NCBI GenBank assembly: GCA_041650335.1 | Contig: JBAZLK010000001.1 | Span: forward strand, 100,940-164,939 | Direction: 5' to 3' | Source of the DNA: Patescibacteria group bacterium | GTDB lineage: Bacteria > Patescibacteriota > Patescibacteriia > JAHIZJ01 | Length of the DNA stretch: 64,000 nt | Part shown: piece by piece, positions 60,362-64,000 of the stretch | How the letters are laid out: the number at the start of each line of letters is the position of its first letter | Numbering within the stretch: position 1 is the first letter of the stretch | Notes under the pieces: generated by a model | Told to the model about the DNA's origin: nothing | Databases searched by the model: none | The model's input: only the letters and a program-made list of their open reading frames with translations | Program-made: the position numbers and the translations under genes

Positions 60362-61414
60362 ATGAAAACCATTTTTAAGACCGTAGCTTTTGCGCTTGTT
60401 ATCATCGTAGGCGCGTTTTTTGTTTTCGCGTACGCCCGCCGGGCTGATATTGCCGAGGTCCAGGACAGCGATTTACGAAAAGATCAGCCAGTCGTGGCCG
60501 AGGCTGATAACGCCTATCCGCTCGTCGTAAAAATTCAGCCAGATATCACGATTTCGCAGGATGATTTTAACTGGATCGAGTCAGTGCTAACGGGCAATGA
60601 CTGGGACGAAAAACGGGCCAATGACATTCTCATGTCGCAGGCCGTTGCGCTGAATGCCTTTGCCGAAATATCGCAAAAGAGGGTTTACCAATACAGCCCC
60701 GCTGATCTGGAAAAGGGCGGCGGTCAGCTTGGTTACGCCCGCCGGTTGGCCGACCTGGCGCTGTTGCGCGGCTTACAACTCGAGAAAGGAGGCAGTTATG
60801 ACGAAGCCTTTAAACTCTCGGAAAAAGCCCTGTCTCTCAGCCAGGCCGTCGTCGGCTCAAGCAATTCCCTGATTCAGTACATGGTCGGAGCGGTCATGAA
60901 AAAAACCGCCTTATCCAGGCTGCAAGCGCTGATAAACACAAACCAGTTATCCTACGAATTTTTAAATCAAGAAGCGGCGACAATCAGCAACTTTCGAGAC
61001 GATCTCCCGGGTCTCCAGGTAGGGCTAAGGGGCGAATATTACCTCGGCGCAACCTGGGCCGAGAGCGACCCTAATTTTGCCAGAGACGCGGGAATATTTC
61101 CGAAAGTATTTTACACCCGAAGCTACTATTGGAAGCCAAAGATGACTTTGCAGCAAAAAGCGGAACAAATGAGGATCATTATCAAAAACGTCAGCACGGC
61201 TTGCGGCAACAACCATCGTGAGTTCGTGGCCCAGCTGCCCTTGTTCCCAGTCTCGAAATTGTCGTACCCGTTCACTGAAAATCTCATCGGCCGAAAACAT
61301 GTCGACTTAATGGTCGACTCGATCAACCAGACCGACTTGTATGACCGGCGCTGTGCTAATGAAGCGGCTTTTGATAATCTCCAGGCCATAATGATCCGAC
61401 GGGCCGGTTCCTAG
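60362..61414 (+). CDS. Hypothetical exported helical protein
   Basis: N-terminal TM; 350-aa ORF; upstream TGG-TATACT. Confidence 0.7.
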   Translation: MKTIFKTVAFALVIIVGAFFVFAYARRADIAEVQDSDLRKDQPVVAEADNAYPLVVKIQPDITISQDDFNWIESVLTGNDWDEKRANDILMSQAVALNAFAEISQKRVYQYSPADLEKGGGQLGYARRLADLALLRGLQLEKGGSYDEAFKLSEKALSLSQAVVGSSNSLIQYMVGAVMKKTALSRLQALINTNQLSYEFLNQEAATISNFRDDLPGLQVGLRGEYYLGATWAESDPNFARDAGIFPKVFYTRSYYWKPKMTLQQKAEQMRIIIKNVSTACGNNHREFVAQLPLFPVSKLSYPFTENLIGRKHVDLMVDSINQTDLYDRRCANEAAFDNLQAIMIRRAGS

Positions 61415-61456
61415 GAAGTATTGACAAAAACCCAATAATAGGCATACAATAGGCGC

Positions 61457-61819
61457 ATGAATGGCAATAACCAACAAACAACCGCGCTGGACTGGCACGA
61501 TCGCTGGAAAGCCTTTCCGCATCACAACCAAGTGCATTGGCTGGTGTTGGTTGTGATCGTTTGGGCCATGGGCCTGGTGTTCATGGGGCAGATGGTCAAT
61601 ATGAAAAACTCGAGCCAGCAACTCGCCCAAGCGGTGGTGTTGGGCGAACGGACGAAACGGACCGCACCGACCCCAGCAACGAATGCCATTCCGGAAGTAA
61701 AGGGCGAAACAACCGGGCCGACCGTAGATGATAATTCAGCCAATCACGTGTTGCCGTCTGAAGTTAATAAGCAAGATTTTCGGCCGGCGAGGATAATGAA
61801 TCAACACCTGAAGAAATAA
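61457..61819 (+). CDS. Hypothetical single-pass membrane protein
   Basis: TM helix; own promoter TTGACA-18-TACAAT; terminator downstream. Confidence 0.6.
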   Translation: MNGNNQQTTALDWHDRWKAFPHHNQVHWLVLVVIVWAMGLVFMGQMVNMKNSSQQLAQAVVLGERTKRTAPTPATNAIPEVKGETTGPTVDDNSANHVLPSEVNKQDFRPARIMNQHLKK

Positions 61820-61841
61820 ACGATTTCTTTCATTATGACGT

Positions 61842-61864
61842 AAACCGCCTGGAGCGGTTTTTTT
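61842..61864 (+). terminator. Intrinsic terminator
   Basis: AAACCGC-CTGGA-GCGGTTT followed by TTTT. Confidence 0.65.
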
Positions 61865-61887
61865 AGTTAGGGCTCGGTCACGAAGTA

Positions 61888-62058
61888 TTGACATTTATAA
61901 GATTTCGTGATACATTGGCTAGCTTGTTTGGACTAGGAAAGGCCTGGTTGCGAACGAGCGCGTTCTCTATGAACGCTTCGGTAGTACATCTGCCCTTTGG
62001 GAGACTCTTGCCCGGCCTGATGAGCTGCCGCAAGTAGCGTACCGGGGTCGGAGGAACA
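61888..62058 (+). promoter_or_regulatory. Promoter plus structured 5' leader
   Basis: TTGACA-17-TACATT, then four hairpins ending next to a GGAGG SD. Confidence 0.5.
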
Positions 62059-62787
62059 ATGGTTGACACGGAGATTACGAAGGGCCAGCTAAAACAGCTC
62101 TTCGAGATTGAGGGCGCTTTGACCCGTTATGGCATGCGGGGCCTGGGACCACAGCTCCAAGCCTTGCTCAACGCTAACAAAGGTCGAACCAAAAGCCACC
62201 GGGTCGAACCCGCTTTCGCGCTGTGGAGAAACGGGCAGCTGCCGGAATTCAGCCGCCGAGAAGCATATTTCGAGGATTACCTGGGGACCATCCCGGCAGA
62301 CGAACTGGTGCCCGGTCGAGAGCTTGAACGCGCCTGCCCCCACAGGGTGCTGGTCGATCCGCGGTATACTCACGAACAGCTGGCCGGACAGATCATTAAA
62401 CTGGCTGCCGGCCGTCTGCATCCCTGCGGGAACCTGGTCGTGGGAGACAGCCCCTACTGGATCGCTTGCGGTTTCGTTAGCGAGGATCTGGCATCCAGCC
62501 TTCTAGCGCGTCACAACCGCGATGGTGATTCAAGCCAAGTCGTACGCATGATGACGGTGCTGGAGGTTTTGTCCTGGTATCTCCAGCGCCCGATGACCGC
62601 CGTCTTGTCTACGGAGGAGCAGAGAATCCGGCTGATGGGGTCGCTCGGCACATTGCCCGACGGCAGTGACTTCATACCGGAACTGGTTGTGAAGTATCCG
62701 ATGACCCGGCTGGTCTGCGAAGAAACCGACAAGCCCTCGGTCTACGGGATCTGCCTGGTCAAGCGCATAGCGGCCAAGGCCGCGTAG
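62059..62787 (+). CDS. Hypothetical orphan protein
   Basis: 242-aa ORF with SD, promoter and terminator. Confidence 0.7.
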   Translation: MVDTEITKGQLKQLFEIEGALTRYGMRGLGPQLQALLNANKGRTKSHRVEPAFALWRNGQLPEFSRREAYFEDYLGTIPADELVPGRELERACPHRVLVDPRYTHEQLAGQIIKLAAGRLHPCGNLVVGDSPYWIACGFVSEDLASSLLARHNRDGDSSQVVRMMTVLEVLSWYLQRPMTAVLSTEEQRIRLMGSLGTLPDGSDFIPELVVKYPMTRLVCEETDKPSVYGICLVKRIAAKAA

Positions 62788-62800
62788 TTTCGTTCCAGTG

Positions 62801-62834
62801 GGTGGACTTACGTAAAGTAAGCCCACCGTTTTTT
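62801..62834 (+). terminator. Intrinsic terminator
   Basis: GGTGGACTTAC-GTAAA-GTAAGCCCACC followed by GTTTTTT. Confidence 0.7.
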
Positions 62835-62937
62835 ATTATGTAATATCTAATAAACCATGAGCGTTTGCGCAGAACTATAATTTGTGCTATAATAATAAAG
62901 TCCGAAATATCCACCGTTATTATTTCAAACAAAAACA

Positions 62938-63501
62938 ATGATTTTCGCAGCCGCGGCCCAAGTTAATTCCTCATTTATCGCGAATATCGACTGGTCGAAA
63001 CCAAGCTGGGATTTATTCATCATACTGTTTTTTGTGGTCGCGGTGTTTCTCTACGGTTTATCGCTCGGCCGCGATCGCATCGTGGTTATCTTGGTCAGCA
63101 TTTACATGGCCTTGGCCGTAGTCACGACCGCGCCGTATATCGGCAATTTTTCGACCGAAGTCGGCGTCAATCAATTCTTCGTGGTCCGCATCTCGATGTT
63201 CCTGGGCGTCTTTATCCTGCTGTTCCTGCTCTTGTCCCGTTCGGCCCTGCTTCAAACCATCGCGGCGGCCGATAAAAAAGGCGGCTTTTTCCAGATTATG
63301 GTATTCAGCATCCTCCATGTCGGCTTGCTGATCAGCATCACTCTGTCGTTTCTTCCGCCGGACTCAATCAACGGCTTATCGCCATTGACGCGGACGATCT
63401 TTGCCAGCGAAGTCGGCCGGTTTATCTGGATCGTGGCGCCGATCGTGCTGATGATCCTGCTCAAGAGCGAGAAAGACAAGAAATTCAAGTACGACATCTA
63501 A
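62938..63501 (+). CDS. Hypothetical membrane protein (CvpA-like topology)
   Basis: 5 hydrophobic segments. Confidence 0.7.
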   Translation: MIFAAAAQVNSSFIANIDWSKPSWDLFIILFFVVAVFLYGLSLGRDRIVVILVSIYMALAVVTTAPYIGNFSTEVGVNQFFVVRISMFLGVFILLFLLLSRSALLQTIAAADKKGGFFQIMVFSILHVGLLISITLSFLPPDSINGLSPLTRTIFASEVGRFIWIVAPIVLMILLKSEKDKKFKYDI

Positions 63502-63578
63502 CAAGAAATTACGAATTCATAATTCAAAATTAATAATTTTGACGGCGACGCATGTCGCCCTTGATATACTAGACAAAT

Positions 63579-63609
63579 AAAAAATGGCCAAGAGGATGGC
63601 CGTTTTTTT
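63579..63609. terminator. Bidirectional terminator
   Basis: AAAAATGGCCA-AGAGGA-TGGCCGTTTTTT between convergent genes. Confidence 0.65.
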
Positions 63610-63618
63610 ATCTGACGC

Positions 63619-63999
63619 TTATTTTCGCTTGAGGCTTGGTCCGGTTGGCGTATCCTTGGTTACAAAGCCAGCCCGCTCTATTTTTTTCCGCAGCACGTCG
63701 GCTGTTTTCCAGTCCTGTTTTGTCCGGGCGATTTCCCGTTGTTTCAGCAAGCCGGATATTTCCGGCGGAATAACGTCGACGGTTTTCTTCAGTTGATCCA
63801 GCCCGAGGCCGAGGATCGCGTCGAAGCGCAAAAGGCTGGCGTGCTTCGCGGCCTCGGGGCAATTTGATTTCAGCATATCCCAGGTTATTGCCAAGCCTTG
63901 CGGCGTGTTCAAATCGTCGTTGATCGCAGCCGCAAAGGCCTGTTCGAAATCAGGGCAATGTCCCTTGGCTGCTGGCATTTCCCGGACGCGATCGCGGAG
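63619..63999 (-). CDS. cysS: Cysteine--tRNA ligase, C-terminal part (partial)
   Basis: DDLNTP DALR domain; R..AR..QDW..AD..R anticodon-binding domain. Confidence 0.93.
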   Translation of the reverse strand, partial: LRDRVREMPAAKGHCPDFEQAFAAAINDDLNTPQGLAITWDMLKSNCPEAAKHASLLRFDAILGLGLDQLKKTVDVIPPEISGLLKQREIARTKQDWKTADVLRKKIERAGFVTKDTPTGPSLKRK

Positions 64000-64000
64000 C

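Noticed and set aside
62010-62048. Hammerhead ribozyme (CTGATGA plus stem II)
   Set aside because: The GAAA core and stem III are missing and the stem I junction is mismatched; kept only as part of a structured leader
63507-63540. Degenerate 7-nt AATT-based repeats
   Set aside because: Only about four imperfect units in an AT-rich spacer; could be chance

Overview
This is a core-genome window of a Patescibacteria (CPR) bacterium, probably Parcubacteria/ABY1-like. The taxonomy is inferred from the missing rpmD, CPR-style pilins, a GAD-less AspRS and TGA used as a stop codon. In order, it holds the 3' end of a RAYT/IS200-like transposase, a secreted 7-repeat beta-propeller protein with an FlgD-Ig/T9SS-like tail, a candidate 6S RNA, a type IV pilin/pilD cluster, ligA, gatCA, the str/S10/spc ribosomal cluster, recR-ybaB-dnaB, a P-type ATPase, asnS-aspS, scpAB, tpi-fba-(two pilins)-gap, a CIRCE-hrcA-grpE-hsp20-dnaK-dnaJ locus and the 3' end of cysS. 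There are three tRNAs (Pro-GGG, Lys-TTT, Glu-CTC). The most notable observations are: (1) exit-tunnel proteins uL23 and uL22 carry long charged linkers tipped with amphipathic helices, a possible ribosome-membrane tether; (2) the 6S-like RNA; (3) nested REP-like palindromes, one pair inserted in-frame in dnaK; (4) an attenuator-like structure between rpsJ and rplC; (5) a wHTH protein with a clamp-binding-like motif upstream of scpAB; (6) partial tRNA duplications. All calls come from reading the sequence by eye; no searches were run.
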